From Flectonema sp. DT1601 (lineage: Eukaryota), in assembly GCA_964019425.1 (NCBI GenBank), contig OZ025798.1:620001-684000 (forward strand): 64,000 nucleotides of DNA, in the 5' to 3' direction. Below are positions 1 through 11,295 of this stretch, piece by piece. The position numbers and the translations under genes are program-made. The stretch's first letter is position 1; every line of letters begins with the position of its first letter. Under the pieces are notes generated by a model. The model ran no database searches and was not told the origin of the DNA. It was given only the letters and a program-made list of their open reading frames with translations.

Positions 1-117
1 GATGAGTGGTGATAAGTTCTTAGAAGTTTTTTTCTTTTTTTTTTTTTTTGTTTGAATTAAAGAACGGGAAAAAAGAAAATAATTAAAAAAATTACATTCT
101 TATGTAACTCACGACGC

Positions 118-363
118 TGCTGTACTTGTAATAATTAGTGCGAGGATTATTAGAACACAAAAATATTAGCGTGGCTTTTTTTTTGTTTTCTGAAATTAGA
201 GCGGTTTTTTCTGTACAATGATACTTCCTTCGCAAAGCACCGGCTTCTTCGTGCATACAGTGCAGAAATAATAGCGCGTAGAAAGAACACAGCTAGGATT
301 TCTGGATTTCTGTAAATTTAGCGCGGGTTTTTATCCGCGCAATAATAATTCCAAGTAACGGTA
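118..363. mobile_element. Degenerate MITE-like element with ~30-bp imperfect terminal inverted repeats
   Basis: The left end TGCTGTACTTGTAATAATTAGTGCGAGGA resembles the reverse complement of the right end, TACCGTTACTTGGAATTATTATTGCGCGGA. Internal TTAGCGYGG-like motifs recur. A TA|CCGT end is reminiscent of Tc1/mariner-pogo MITEs (inference). Confidence 0.3.
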
Positions 364-1659
364 ATAAAAGCATTTTCAAGCAGGTGTCACACGAATTTTT
401 TTTAAAAAACTCTAATTACCAATGGGAATGGCTGCAAAAAAGCAAAAAGAAGAAAAAAAAAGGGGTTTTGGTTTACTCACACTGGTTGCATCTGTTGTTT
501 TTTTTTTTTTTTTGTTTGCTTTTTACAGCTATTGGTAACAATGAAGAGCAATTGAACCACAAAATAAAGACTTTTAGCGTCACAACTTTACGGGTACAAG
601 TCTGCACGTCTACGAAGACTAAGTCTCGTTCTAAAAACAAGGGGGGAAAAGAAAAAAAAATAAACAACAACTATTAAAGGACACACCTTGCTAGGGAGAA
701 ATTTATATTTTGGTGCTAAATACCTTTCTCTAGCGGTCATCAACACCAACAAGCCAAGATAAAAAAATCTCCAAAGAGAAGCCTAATTTACGGAACCGCA
801 TTATTGTGACAAGAGTCTCCGTGAGAGTAGCTTTTTTTTTTTTTTTTTTTTTTTTAAACGCGGAATAAACAATTAAATTTCATCATCCTACCACTTTCTA
901 TAGACAATCCAAACCCACTGTATCTGTGCAATAATCATTGAGCGAAAATAATAAATAATAAAAACACGTAATAAAATATAGAAGAAACAAAAAAAACCAA
1001 ACTAAGTGGTTGAAATAGAACATGTTAGGCAAGCTTCCTGATTAACTCAGTGTGAAACTTATATATACGAGAGACAGACAAGAAGTTTAAAGATAATAAT
1101 GTCACAATATTTTTTTCCTAAAATTTTGAATTTACAATATTCGCATCTGCAAACTGAAGTGAATAATCACAGAGGAAACAGAGCAACACAAGGAACCAAT
1201 TGCTTCACGTCAGGTTAACCAGCGAGGCCTATTACGGCACAGACTGAACAGTAAGTGAATACAATGACTCGGAGCAACTAACCACGAGGTAGGAGAAAGG
1301 TATAATACTTGGGAGGACTAATTACATTTTATTAAGCGAAGCATAAACGATACTTTCTAACGAAGGACGACAATCTCTAATTCAATATTGGTATTGACTT
1401 GACAATTCCTCGCAGATTTGCTTTTTGGTATCCTCCGAATTTCTGTTGTTGTTCCATTGTAGGTACATCTCCTTCAGTAAGGTTCATTGAGTCTCAGTAA
1501 CTGTGTCATGTTCCGTCAGAACTTCTTCGTACTTGTGAGTAGTTTCATTGCGTTCGTTGTCGTTATGCGTGAAACCTGATTCTTGAGTCTGATTGATACA
1601 ATGGAGTGACGTAAGACTTAATCAAATACCAAGAAGTACGATAAAAATAACCATGAAAT

Positions 1660-3132
1660 CTATGAGTCATTCAGTGTCACAGATTTAGCAGTGACAATAG
1701 TAACAGGACCCAAAGTCGGGGTCCAAGAGCTGAGAGTTGGTTCGCCTGTAGTGCTGTCAGTTGATCGAGGAAGACCAGCGTTATGAAGTGGTCTCGATTC
1801 GGGAGCAGATCCTCCTAAGCTATGCCTGTATGGCAGCCCGACGGGTTGCGAAGAGACTGAATTCATAATATCTCTACTCTCTGCACTCGCATCTTGAACT
1901 ACTCTGTAATGATAATCATATCGTGTAGCAGGAATTGAACCTGTACTTCCTAACGTGGTACCATATCCAGTGCTGTTATAAGTGTCTCTATGTAACTTTC
2001 TTGTTATACTCAATTCTTGAAGTAACCCACTCCCAAAAGCCAACTTCACTACGACATAAATCTGATACAACAATGCAACTCGCATGACTACTGCTAAAGC
2101 AGCGGAAATAATCATTAAGATTGATGCTGGAAATTTGTCATAGTGTAATCTTACGTGGTGCACATGTCCCATCTCATCAAGTATTGCATATATCATTGTT
2201 ATCCCTTCAACGATACCACCTAATGTAAAAAGCAGGATGACGAACTGTATGTTTATGTTATTTTTTATTACTCGTTTTTCACTGCAACCAAAAAGAAAAG
2301 TAATGTGAAATGTTGAACATACCTTCATCAATCCCAGCCATTCGTTTTTTACGGATTTTTTTAAAGGAAATGTACAAAGTACAGGTATTGTAATTAAGAA
2401 GAAATAAGTCAGACTGGAAAGCCAGACTGGCCATGTAACCAAAGTAACCGACAGTAATCCAAGCATAAGACTGAAGCAGAAATCGATTGACAAAATAGCT
2501 GTAAATTTTCTGTAGGAAGCATGAACCGCGAGTCTATCTGCCCTAGCACCAAGTTCTCGGTAGGGCCTCCAACCGAAACCCTCCATAGTGTTATATACAA
2601 AATAAGCCGAAGCTATAGTGCCTACCGCTGCAGTCCACTGGACTATAACTATCCAGTATTGAAGACTAAATCCAGTCCAGTGTTCGGCATAATCCATTGT
2701 TACAAAAAAGCTTTCAATCAATAAGAGAATTATTGATCCCTGTGTGTTTTATTATAATCGAGTGTGAATCTAGAGTGAGTTTTATGAATCTAAACAAAAA
2801 CATACCGCCATGGTAAACTCGTTTTGTGCATATATCGAATGAAGAGACGACACGTATTGAAACAAGACGTACACTACTATTAAAAATCGGTAAACATTCT
2901 GATCAGGTGATTTTTTCCAATATACTAAACTTATAGTTGCCAAGTCAATAAGTAGTACATAAAATAAGTAACCCTTAACAACACTTGGCATTTGACCAAA
3001 GACTTCCCTAACTCGTTTTATTTTCTGGATTATACCACATGATTTGCTATAACCACCACTGTATACTACTGGTGTTTGCTTCGTCATTATTCGGGTGCGT
3101 TCCTCCGCCTTTCCAGCAGAGTTGGCGCTCAT
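1660..3132 (-). CDS. Multi-pass (~8 TM) membrane protein, UPF0658-like; 3 exons (3132-2806, 2739-2323, 2244-1660), ~442 aa
   Basis: ORFs 2782..3222 and 1660..2721 join in frame through a GTATGT..CAG intron at 2805-2740. A second in-frame GTATGT..CAG intron at 2322-2245 removes a non-hydrophobic insert. Motifs GFGWRPYRELGA, AILSIDFCF and FGSGL resemble my recollection of the UPF0658 family; this was not database-verified. Confidence 0.65.
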
Positions 3133-3337
3133 TGAATATGGTATTACTTGAAGGGGGTAAATTGATACTAATATTAAATGGAAAGCAACTTGAAACTGGC
3201 TGACATGAATCCGCGCTAACATTTCTCTCGTCGCAGTGCTAAAAACCTGGCCCCAGAAACTAAGCTAAGAAAATTTCCTGGAAAAAAATGACCACATTAG
3301 TTCTCTGATCAACAGTACAGGGCTATCACTCTGTTGT

Positions 3338-3758
3338 CTAAGTGATGATATCCGTGATAATTGCACCACTTCCTGAACTAAGCTTCTTGCCCTGTTGTTA
3401 TTATACATTTAATGTTACTACTGGTAGAGATGAAAACAATGATTGAACCTATAAAACAATACGAGACGCTAACTGTGCACGGTGCTGAGGACCTTCGTTG
3501 TAATAGTGGCTCCTCCATGATTGAAAGTTTTCGCTTCAATACTGGTGCCGACTTCCTTCGATCCTCGTCTTCAAACCGAGCTGCAAACTCCTTCGCAGCC
3601 GGTCTCATATTCCCCGACACCTCATTGAACTCACCGAAGTCGAAGGCCTCCTTCGTCGACCGCTCAGCCTCCTTAATTCCTTCGTCAGGCTTCTGACGCA
3701 GTACACGCCTCCTAGATGGCACCCTTTCTAACGCCTCTTTTGATCCCGCACACCCCAT
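3338..3758 (-). CDS. Small putatively myristoylated/palmitoylated protein (MGCAGSK...), probable intron 3473-3392, ~112 aa
   Basis: The ATG at 3758 gives an MGCxxS acylation motif. There are several RRxS/KxS kinase-type sites. A phase-0 GTTAGC..ACAG intron gives the C-terminus GKKLSSGSGAIITDIIT*. The longer ORF 3378..4112 reads through a duplicated 5' segment. Confidence 0.5.
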
Positions 3759-4123
3759 TATTTTGCTTGTGGGAGTTAGTTTTCCTTTTCCGAAGAAGAG
3801 GGGAGGGGGGTGAATCGATGGAACACGATACAAACGGACAAATCTTTGTTTTGCGACGAAGTGGCAGCGGTCAAATGAATTACCAACTATAAGGTTTCGA
3901 CGCCCAGTCATTCCTTCGTCGGGCTCCTGATGCAGTACACGCCTCCTCCTCCCAACGACTCCTTTGATCCCGCACGCCCCATTATTTTGCTTGTGGGTGC
4001 TAGTTTTTCTTTTCTGAGGGGGTGAATCGATGTAACACGATACAAACAGATAACTCCTTGTTTTTGCAACATGGATGAATGACAAAGTGGCAGCGGTCAA
4101 GTGAATTACCAACTATAAGGTTT
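3676..4123. repeat. Tandem duplication of the 5' end of the MGCAGS gene (3676-3897 vs 3910-4123); upstream copy degenerate
   Basis: Both units run from ATTCCTTCGTC..GCAGTACACGCCTCCT..TTTGATCCCGCAC to GAATTACCAACTATAAGGTTT. The upstream copy has ATG GGG CGT followed by a deletion/frameshift. Confidence 0.75.
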
Positions 4124-4657
4124 TGGGAGCATAGTAGTAAATACCTCGTCCTAAATTACCGAGGAAGATGCATAACATATATGCAGGGAAAACCCGTTTC
4201 TCAAGCGTAAAAACAGCAACCAATGAATTTATACGGGTTTAACTTGTATCGTCAGGGAAACGCGAAATGGGGCAATAGCCATGACTGGCTAAGAGAGATT
4301 AAGTAACTAAATGTGGGGGCTTGTGTAGGAAATGTTTGTTTGTCCTAAATTATTAGAAAGGGGAGGGGGGCGCAATTCGTAGATGCAGAAAGTTCCCGTT
4401 TTTTCAACAGCAATATTGAGATTATTTTATAAGGGGAAAATGTTTCTAACACCTAGACTATTAAGGAAAAAGAAAGAGGGGAGGGGGGCGGGCAGAAAAA
4501 CAGCCACAACTGAATGATAGTGACCAAGTGAATTGCCAACAAAAAAAACAGCTTTCGAGGGTGTAGTAAATACACCCTAAAAGACTAAGGAAGTCGTATA
4601 ATGCAGCTAGAACCCATTTCTCAAGTGCAAGACAGCTACCAACCTTTCGAACGAAAA

Positions 4658-5683
4658 TTGCATATAAGGGAATGGAGTCTAAAATTGCAACGCCACGCAA
4701 CTTGAAAAACGAGCAGATAACTAATAAATCCTTTTCTTTTGCAAAAACACGGATTGGATGCTGAATAGTGATTAAGAAAATCGCACACCTATAATATGGT
4801 CAAGGAAAGATGCAATAAATATACGAAGAGACCTCGTTATTCAAAATGTAAGACTTGTAAACCCCAAAAATGAACTTCTATGACAGTCTTTATAACTCAT
4901 CATGTTTGTTTTCTTTCTTCGGCAAGGTGCGGCATCCCTATTAGTTAGTTGGGATATTTTGCCCGCCGATGTAATCTTGCAGAGCAAGACTTTCTTTATT
5001 ACTATTTACTTTTTTTCTTTTCTTTTTTTTTGTGTGGTTGTATTCCCAACATTTATCCAAAAACATCAGTTTCGTGCGCTGTTGCGCTTGCTTACTCAAC
5101 AGTGCGAAAAATATAAAAGGCATGAGAACGGTCGACGATTACCCCTCGACAATTCGCGTTCACGATGCCGGGGGAAAAAAGGGGAAAAAAAGAAACGGGT
5201 CTTTTTGAATGGCCCCATGATTAATTAAGTATTGCGTTTAAACGCAGTGTTCACTCCTCCTCCGACAGGTCACACATGTAAATTAAAGGGGTTCTGAAGG
5301 GTTAAGATAATCCGCCGGCAGCCCGAAAACCGCAAGGGGAAAAACTAACTAAAATAACCTACTACTAATGATGGGGAAAGGTGTCACCTCCTTATTCAGA
5401 AGAGGGATTACTTCATATCATATATCAAAAATGCAAAAATAAAGCGTTGGAAAGTACAGACATCCATGTAGAGAGGAAGAAGAGAGAGAAGGACAAGAGG
5501 GATTAATATAAAAAGGAAGGTATTTGATTCTTCTGGATCGATTCCATTGTGCGCACGAGGTGGGTGCATCTTATGGGGATGACTATTAATGCCTTTGGTC
5601 ATATTCGTGTTAAAGACGTATTGCGGATCAATCAAGCAATACTAACAGTCAGCCACAAAAACCGCACCATGGCAAGTGGTTTC
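4658..5683. repeat. Intergenic spacer of the CAP gene array (copies 4658-5683, 11264-12506, 19380-20571, 26917-28076)
   Basis: Near-identical 1.0-1.2 kb non-coding blocks starting TTGCATATAAGGGAATGGAGTC. They differ by small internal duplications; for example CACCTCCTTATTCAGAAGAGGGA is present 1, 3, 2 and 1 times. Confidence 0.9.
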
Positions 5684-8600
5684 CTACAGTCTCATTCCTT
5701 CAAATGCAGGGTCCATTGGGTTGTTTTCGTTTCCTGCGTCAACAGAATCCATGAAATCAAGAAATTGGACTCCTTCATCAGACCTCTTTTTCATCACAAC
5801 GGCACCGATCACAGCTGCACAAGCGAACAGCACACCGAGTGCAACTAAAAGCCAGATCCACCAGTTGTCAGTGCTGCTGTCATCCGAATCCCCCGTCCCG
5901 GCTCCCAGTTGCGGTGATATCGTCTGATAACCACCTGCAGGTGCGTCGGTACCCGGAACGGGAGTAGCAGTACTTCCAAGTGGTGCCATGGTGGTAGGAA
6001 CAGGTGTTTTAGCCGCTGGTACTGCGGTTCCTGGAACAGGAGTAGAGGTACTTCCAGGTGGTGACATAGTTGTGAGGGAAGGTTCGCTAGTTGGCTTAAC
6101 AGGTGTTGTTGGCACCGCGGTTCCCGGAACAGGAGTAGAGGTACTTCCAGGTGGTGACATAGTTGTGAGGGAAGGTTCACTAGTTGGCTTAACAGGTGTT
6201 GTTGGCACTGCGGTTCCCGGAACAGGAGTAGAGGTACTTCCAGGCGGTGACATAGTTGTGAGGGAAGGTTCACTAGTTGGCTTAACAGGTGTTGTTGGCA
6301 CCGCGGTTCCCGGAACAGGAGTAGAGGTACTTCCAGGTGGTGACATAGTTGTGAGGGAAGGTTCACTAGTTGGCTTAACAGGTGTTGTTGGCACCGCGGT
6401 TCCCGGAACAGGAGTAGAGGTGCTTCCAGGTGGTGAAATAGTTGTGAGGGAAGGTTCACTGGTTGGCTTCACAACGGCAGCTGGTACTGCGGTGCCCGGA
6501 ACAGGAGTAGCGGTACTTCCAGGCGGTGACATAGTTGTGAGGGCAGGTTCGCTAGTTGGCTTCACAACTGGTGCTGGTACTGCGGTTCCCGGAACAGGGG
6601 TGGCGGTACTTCCAGGAGGTGACATAGTTGTGAGGGCAGGCGCGCTAGTTGGCTTCACAACAGCAGGTGCTGCGGTGCCCGGAACAGGGGTGGCGGTACT
6701 TCCAGCTGGTGCCATCGTCGTGAGGGCAGGCGCACTAGTTGGCTTCACAACAGGCGTTGGCACTGCGGTTCCCGGAACAGGTGTGGCAGTACTTCCAGCT
6801 GGTGCCATCGTTGTGAGAGCAGGTGCGCTAGTCGGCTTCACAACAGCTGGTGCTGCGGTAGGCATAGCTGTGGTTGGCACAGATGTTGTTGGCACAGACG
6901 TGTCTGGCACAGATGTTGGCATAGCTGTGGTTGGTACAGATGGTGTTGGCACAGACGTGTCTGGCACAGATGTTGGCATAGCTGTGGTTGGTACAGATGT
7001 TGTTGGCACAGACGTGTCTGGCACAGATGTTGGCATAGCTGTGGTTGGTACAGATGGTGTTGGCACAGACGTATCTGGCACAGATGTTGGCATAGCTGTG
7101 GTTGGTACAGATGGTGTTGGCACAGACGTGTCTGGCACAGATGTTGGCATAGCTGTGGTTGGTACAGATGTTGTTGGCACAGACGTGTCTGGCACAGATG
7201 TTGGCATAGCTGTGGTCGGTACTGAGGTAGGCACTACATCAGAACAGATGTCCGGGTGCTTCGCCAATAATGATGCGTCAGGCTCGATGAGACCACCAGA
7301 TCCCCTCTCAAATGGCTTGGTACCGACCCAGTATCCCTGTCCTCTCTCTCCGTACTGGCATCCGATCTCCCACCACTTTCCGTTCCATCCGTAAGGACCT
7401 GGGGAAGGGCATTCCACAGCAGCGCATCCGATAGCGTAGATGTTCGAGGAACTCATCTGAGTGTAGTGGGAAGTAACTCCACCTCTGGAGGAATCAGACG
7501 CCCAGTTGTAATCATCCTTCTCATCCCACCAAGACTGTCCGAGGTAACCCACGATACCGTCAATCGGGTCTTCACATGCAGTACCCGCACAGTAGGCAAG
7601 GTTCTCTCCGAGGAACTCGTATCCACCGACATTCTTCCTGTATCCATCTTGGTCAGAGTGCGGCCAGCTGCTGTCACATCTGGCGAGCCAGTTGTACATG
7701 TTTGTGGCAATAGCGGAGTCCCATCTCACTTTGTACATGTCCTTCGCTGGTGGCTGGGTGTTGGCCCTCCACTCGTTGTGCTTGTCAAGGATGGCCTGCT
7801 CCCACTTGTTCTGCGGGCATCCAGCTCCAGAAGGAGTTCCTGCTGGTGGAGTTGGTGGTGTTGGTGCAGGTGGACTTGGTGCAGGTGGAGTTGGTGCAGG
7901 TGGAGATGGTGGTGGTGGTGCTCCAGCTCCGCAGATGTCCGGGTGCTTCGCCAACAACGATGCGTCAGGCTCGATGAGACCACCAGATCCACTCTCAAAT
8001 GGCTTGGTACCGACCCAGTATCCCTGTCCTCTCTCTCCGTACTGGCATCCGATCTCCCACCACTTTCCGTTCCATCCGTAAGGACCTGGGGAAGGGCATT
8101 CCACAGCAGCGCATCCGATAGCGTAGATGTTCGAGGAACTCATCTGAGTGTAGTGGGAAGTAACTCCACCTCTGGAGGAATCAGACGCCCAGTTGTAATC
8201 ATCCTTCTCATCCCACCAAGACTGTCCGAGGTAACCCACGATACCGTCAATCGGGTCTTCACATGCAGTACCCGCACAGTAGGCAAGGTTCTCTCCGAGG
8301 AACTCGTATCCACCGACATTCTTCCTGTATCCATCTTGGTCAGAGTGCGGCCAGCTGCTGTCACATCTGGCGAGCCAGTTGTACATGTTTGTGGCAATAG
8401 CGGAGTCCCATCTCACTTTGTACATGTCCTTCGCTGGTGGCTGGGTGTTGGCCCTCCACTCGTTGTGCTTGTCAAGGATGGCCTGCTCCCACTTGTTCTG
8501 CGGGCATCCAGCTCCAGAAGGAGTTCCTGCTGGTGGAGTTGGTGGTGTTGGTGCAGGTGGACTTGGTGCAGGTGGAGTTGGTGCAGGTGGAGATGGTGGT

Positions 8601-11263
8601 GGTGGTGCTCCAGCTCCGCAGATGTCCGGGTGCTTCGCCAACAACGATGCGTCAGGCTCGATGAGACCACCAGATCCACTCTCAAATGGCTTGGTACCGA
8701 CCCAGTATCCCTGTCCTCTCTCTCCGTACTGGCATCCGATCTCCCACCACTTTCCGTTCCATCCGTAAGGACCTGGGGAAGGGCATTCCACAGCAGCGCA
8801 TCCGATAGCGTAGATGTTCGAGGAACTCATCTGAGTGTAGTGGGAAGTAACTCCACCTCTGGAGGAATCAGACGCCCAGTTGTAGTCATCCTTCTCATCC
8901 CACCAAGACTGTCCGAGGTAACCCACGATACCGTCAATTGGGTCTTCACATGCAGTACCCGCACAGTAGGCAAGGTTCTCTCCGAGGAACTCGTATCCAC
9001 CGACATTCTTCCTGTATCCATCTTGGTCAGAGTGCGGCCAGCTGCTGTCACATCTGGCGAGCCAGTTGTACATGTTTGTGGCAATAGCGGAGTCCCATCT
9101 CACTTTGTACATGTCCTTCGCTGGTGGCTGGGTGTTGGCCCTCCACTCGTTGTGCTTGTCAAGGATAGCCTGCTCCCACTTGTTCTGCGGGCATCCAGCT
9201 CCAGAAGGAGTTCCTGCTGGTGGAGTTGGTGGAGTTGGTGCAGGTGGAGTTGGTGCAGGTGGAGTTGGTGCAGGTGGAGTCGGTGCACCGGCCTGACAGA
9301 TGTCCGGGTGCTTCGCCAACAATGATGCGGCAGGCTCGATGAGACCACCAGATCCACTCTCAAATGGCTTGGTACCGACCCAGTATCCCTGTCCTCTCTC
9401 TCCGTACTGGCATCCGATCTCCCACCACTTTCCGTTCCATCCGTAAGGACCCGGGGATGGGCATTCCACAGCAGCGCATCCGATAGCGTAGATATTCGAG
9501 GAACTCATCTGAGTGTAGTGGGAAGTAACTCCACCTCTGGAGGAATCAGACGCCCAGTTGTAGTCATCCTTCTCATCCCACCAAGACTGTCCGAGGTAAC
9601 CCACGATACCGTCAATTGGGTCTTCACATGCAGTACCCGCACAGTAGGCAAGGTTCTCTCCGAGGAACTCGTATCCACCGACATTCTTCCTGTATCCATC
9701 TTGGTCAGAGTGCGGCCAGCTGCTGTCACATCTGGCGAGCCAGTTGTACATGTTTGTGGCAATAGCGGAGTCCCATCTCACTTTGTACATGTCCTTCGCT
9801 GGTGGCTGGGTGTTGGCCCTCCACTCGTTGTGCTTGTCAAGGATAGCCTGCTCCCACTTGTTCTGCGGGCATCCAGCTCCAGAAGGAGTTCCTGCTGGTG
9901 GAGTTGGTGGCGTTGGTGCAGGTGGAGTTGGTGCAGGTGGAGTTGGTGCAGGTGGGGTCGGTGCACCGGCCTGACAGATGTCCGGGTGCTTCGCCAACAA
10001 TGATGCGGCAGGCTCGATGAGACCACCAGATCCACTCTCAAATGGCTTGGTACCGACCCAGTATCCCTGTCCTCTCTCTCCGTACTGGCATCCGATCTCC
10101 CACCACTTTCCGTTCCATCCGTAAGGACCTGGGGATGGGCATTCCACAGCAGCGCATCCGATAGCGTAGATGTTCGAGGAACTCATCTGTGTGTAGTGGG
10201 AAGTAACTCCACCTCTGGAGGAATCAGACGCCCAGTTGTAGTCATCCTTCTCATCCCACCAAGACTGTCCGAGGTAACCCACGATACCGTCAATCGGGTC
10301 TTCACATGCAGTACCCGCACAGTAGGCAAGGTTCTCTCCGAGGAACTCGTATCCACCGACATTCTTCCTGTATCCATCTTGGTCAGAGTGCGGCCAGCTG
10401 CTGTCACATCTGGCGAGCCAGTTGTACATGTTTGTGGCAATAGCGGAGTCCCATCTCACTTTGTACATGTCCTTCGCTGGTGGCTGGGTGTTGGCCCTCC
10501 ACTCGTTGTGCTTGTCAAGGATAGCCTGCTCCCACTTGTTCTGCGGGCATCCAGCTCCAGAAGGAGTTCCTGCTGGTGGAGTTGGTGGTGTTGGTGCAGG
10601 TGGGGTCGGTGCAGGTGGAGTTGGTGCAGGTGGAGTCGGTGCACCGGCCTGACAGATGTCCGGGTGCTTCGCCAACAACGATGCGGCAGGCTCGATGAGA
10701 CCACCAGATCCACTCTCAAATGGCTTGGTACCGACCCAGTATCCCTGTCCTCTCTCTCCGTACTGGCATCCGATCTCCCACCACTTTCCGTTCCATCCGT
10801 AAGGACCTGGGGATGGGCATTCCACAGCAGCGCATCCGATAGCGTAGATGTTCGAGGAACTCATCTGAGTGTAGTGGGAAGTAACTCCACCTCTGGAGGA
10901 ATCAGACGCCCAGTTGTAGTCATCCTTCTCATCCCACCAAGACTGTCCGAGGTAACCCACGATACCGTCAATTGGGTCTTCACATGCAGTACCCGCACAG
11001 TAGGCAAGGTTCTCTCCGAGGAACTCGTATCCACCGACATTCTTCCTGTATCCATCTTGGTCAGAGTGCGGCCAGTTGCTGTTACATCTGGCGAGCCAGT
11101 TGTACATGTTTGTGGCAATAGCGGAGTCCCATCTCACTTTGTACATGTCCTTCGCTGGTGGCTGGGTGTTGGCCCTCCACTCGTTGTGCTTGTCAAGGAT
11201 AGCCTGCTCCCACTTGTTACTGGGGCATCCGGCCACTGCCAGACCTGCCAGCAGCACGTTCAT
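5684..11263 (-). CDS. Type-I membrane protein with 6 tandem CAP/SCP (PR-1/CRISP-like) domains, Pro/Thr-rich stalk, TM helix and short tail (1859 aa)
   Basis: Short hydrophobic N-terminus. Each 226-229 aa repeat has the CAP motifs HNEWR, PHS, GENLA, WWDE, HYTQM, IGCA and CQY, with PPAPT linkers. Stalk of PTSVPDTSV units and nine 30-aa KPTSxP repeats. TM WWIWLLVALGVLFACAAVIGAVVM followed by KK. Confidence 0.93.
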   Translation of the reverse strand: MNVLLAGLAVAGCPSNKWEQAILDKHNEWRANTQPPAKDMYKVRWDSAIATNMYNWLARCNSNWPHSDQDGYRKNVGGYEFLGENLAYCAGTACEDPIDGIVGYLGQSWWDEKDDYNWASDSSRGGVTSHYTQMSSSNIYAIGCAAVECPSPGPYGWNGKWWEIGCQYGERGQGYWVGTKPFESGSGGLIEPAASLLAKHPDICQAGAPTPPAPTPPAPTPPAPTPPTPPAGTPSGAGCPQNKWEQAILDKHNEWRANTQPPAKDMYKVRWDSAIATNMYNWLARCDSSWPHSDQDGYRKNVGGYEFLGENLAYCAGTACEDPIDGIVGYLGQSWWDEKDDYNWASDSSRGGVTSHYTQMSSSNIYAIGCAAVECPSPGPYGWNGKWWEIGCQYGERGQGYWVGTKPFESGSGGLIEPAASLLAKHPDICQAGAPTPPAPTPPAPTPPAPTPPTPPAGTPSGAGCPQNKWEQAILDKHNEWRANTQPPAKDMYKVRWDSAIATNMYNWLARCDSSWPHSDQDGYRKNVGGYEFLGENLAYCAGTACEDPIDGIVGYLGQSWWDEKDDYNWASDSSRGGVTSHYTQMSSSNIYAIGCAAVECPSPGPYGWNGKWWEIGCQYGERGQGYWVGTKPFESGSGGLIEPAASLLAKHPDICQAGAPTPPAPTPPAPTPPAPTPPTPPAGTPSGAGCPQNKWEQAILDKHNEWRANTQPPAKDMYKVRWDSAIATNMYNWLARCDSSWPHSDQDGYRKNVGGYEFLGENLAYCAGTACEDPIDGIVGYLGQSWWDEKDDYNWASDSSRGGVTSHYTQMSSSNIYAIGCAAVECPSPGPYGWNGKWWEIGCQYGERGQGYWVGTKPFESGSGGLIEPDASLLAKHPDICGAGAPPPPSPPAPTPPAPSPPAPTPPTPPAGTPSGAGCPQNKWEQAILDKHNEWRANTQPPAKDMYKVRWDSAIATNMYNWLARCDSSWPHSDQDGYRKNVGGYEFLGENLAYCAGTACEDPIDGIVGYLGQSWWDEKDDYNWASDSSRGGVTSHYTQMSSSNIYAIGCAAVECPSPGPYGWNGKWWEIGCQYGERGQGYWVGTKPFESGSGGLIEPDASLLAKHPDICGAGAPPPPSPPAPTPPAPSPPAPTPPTPPAGTPSGAGCPQNKWEQAILDKHNEWRANTQPPAKDMYKVRWDSAIATNMYNWLARCDSSWPHSDQDGYRKNVGGYEFLGENLAYCAGTACEDPIDGIVGYLGQSWWDEKDDYNWASDSSRGGVTSHYTQMSSSNIYAIGCAAVECPSPGPYGWNGKWWEIGCQYGERGQGYWVGTKPFERGSGGLIEPDASLLAKHPDICSDVVPTSVPTTAMPTSVPDTSVPTTSVPTTAMPTSVPDTSVPTPSVPTTAMPTSVPDTSVPTPSVPTTAMPTSVPDTSVPTTSVPTTAMPTSVPDTSVPTPSVPTTAMPTSVPDTSVPTTSVPTTAMPTAAPAVVKPTSAPALTTMAPAGSTATPVPGTAVPTPVVKPTSAPALTTMAPAGSTATPVPGTAAPAVVKPTSAPALTTMSPPGSTATPVPGTAVPAPVVKPTSEPALTTMSPPGSTATPVPGTAVPAAVVKPTSEPSLTTISPPGSTSTPVPGTAVPTTPVKPTSEPSLTTMSPPGSTSTPVPGTAVPTTPVKPTSEPSLTTMSPPGSTSTPVPGTAVPTTPVKPTSEPSLTTMSPPGSTSTPVPGTAVPTTPVKPTSEPSLTTMSPPGSTSTPVPGTAVPAAKTPVPTTMAPLGSTATPVPGTDAPAGGYQTISPQLGAGTGDSDDSSTDNWWIWLLVALGVLFACAAVIGAVVMKKRSDEGVQFLDFMDSVDAGNENNPMDPAFEGMRL

Positions 11264-11276
11264 TGTTTTAGTAATG

Positions 11277-11295
11277 CTGAATTATGGAAAAGGGT
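11277..11295 (-). promoter_or_regulatory. Putative (trans-)splice acceptor 13 nt upstream of the CAP gene ATG; conserved before all three genes
   Basis: The minus strand reads CCCTTTTCCATAATTCAG|CATTACTAAAACAATG: a pyrimidine tract plus CAG. SL trans-splicing is general in Euglenozoa, but its use here is inferred. Confidence 0.35.

Noticed and set aside
5684..5695. C-terminal MRL/LRL/VRL as a peroxisomal/glycosomal PTS1 signal
   Set aside because: The first residue is non-canonical and the proteins have signal-plus-TM surface topology.
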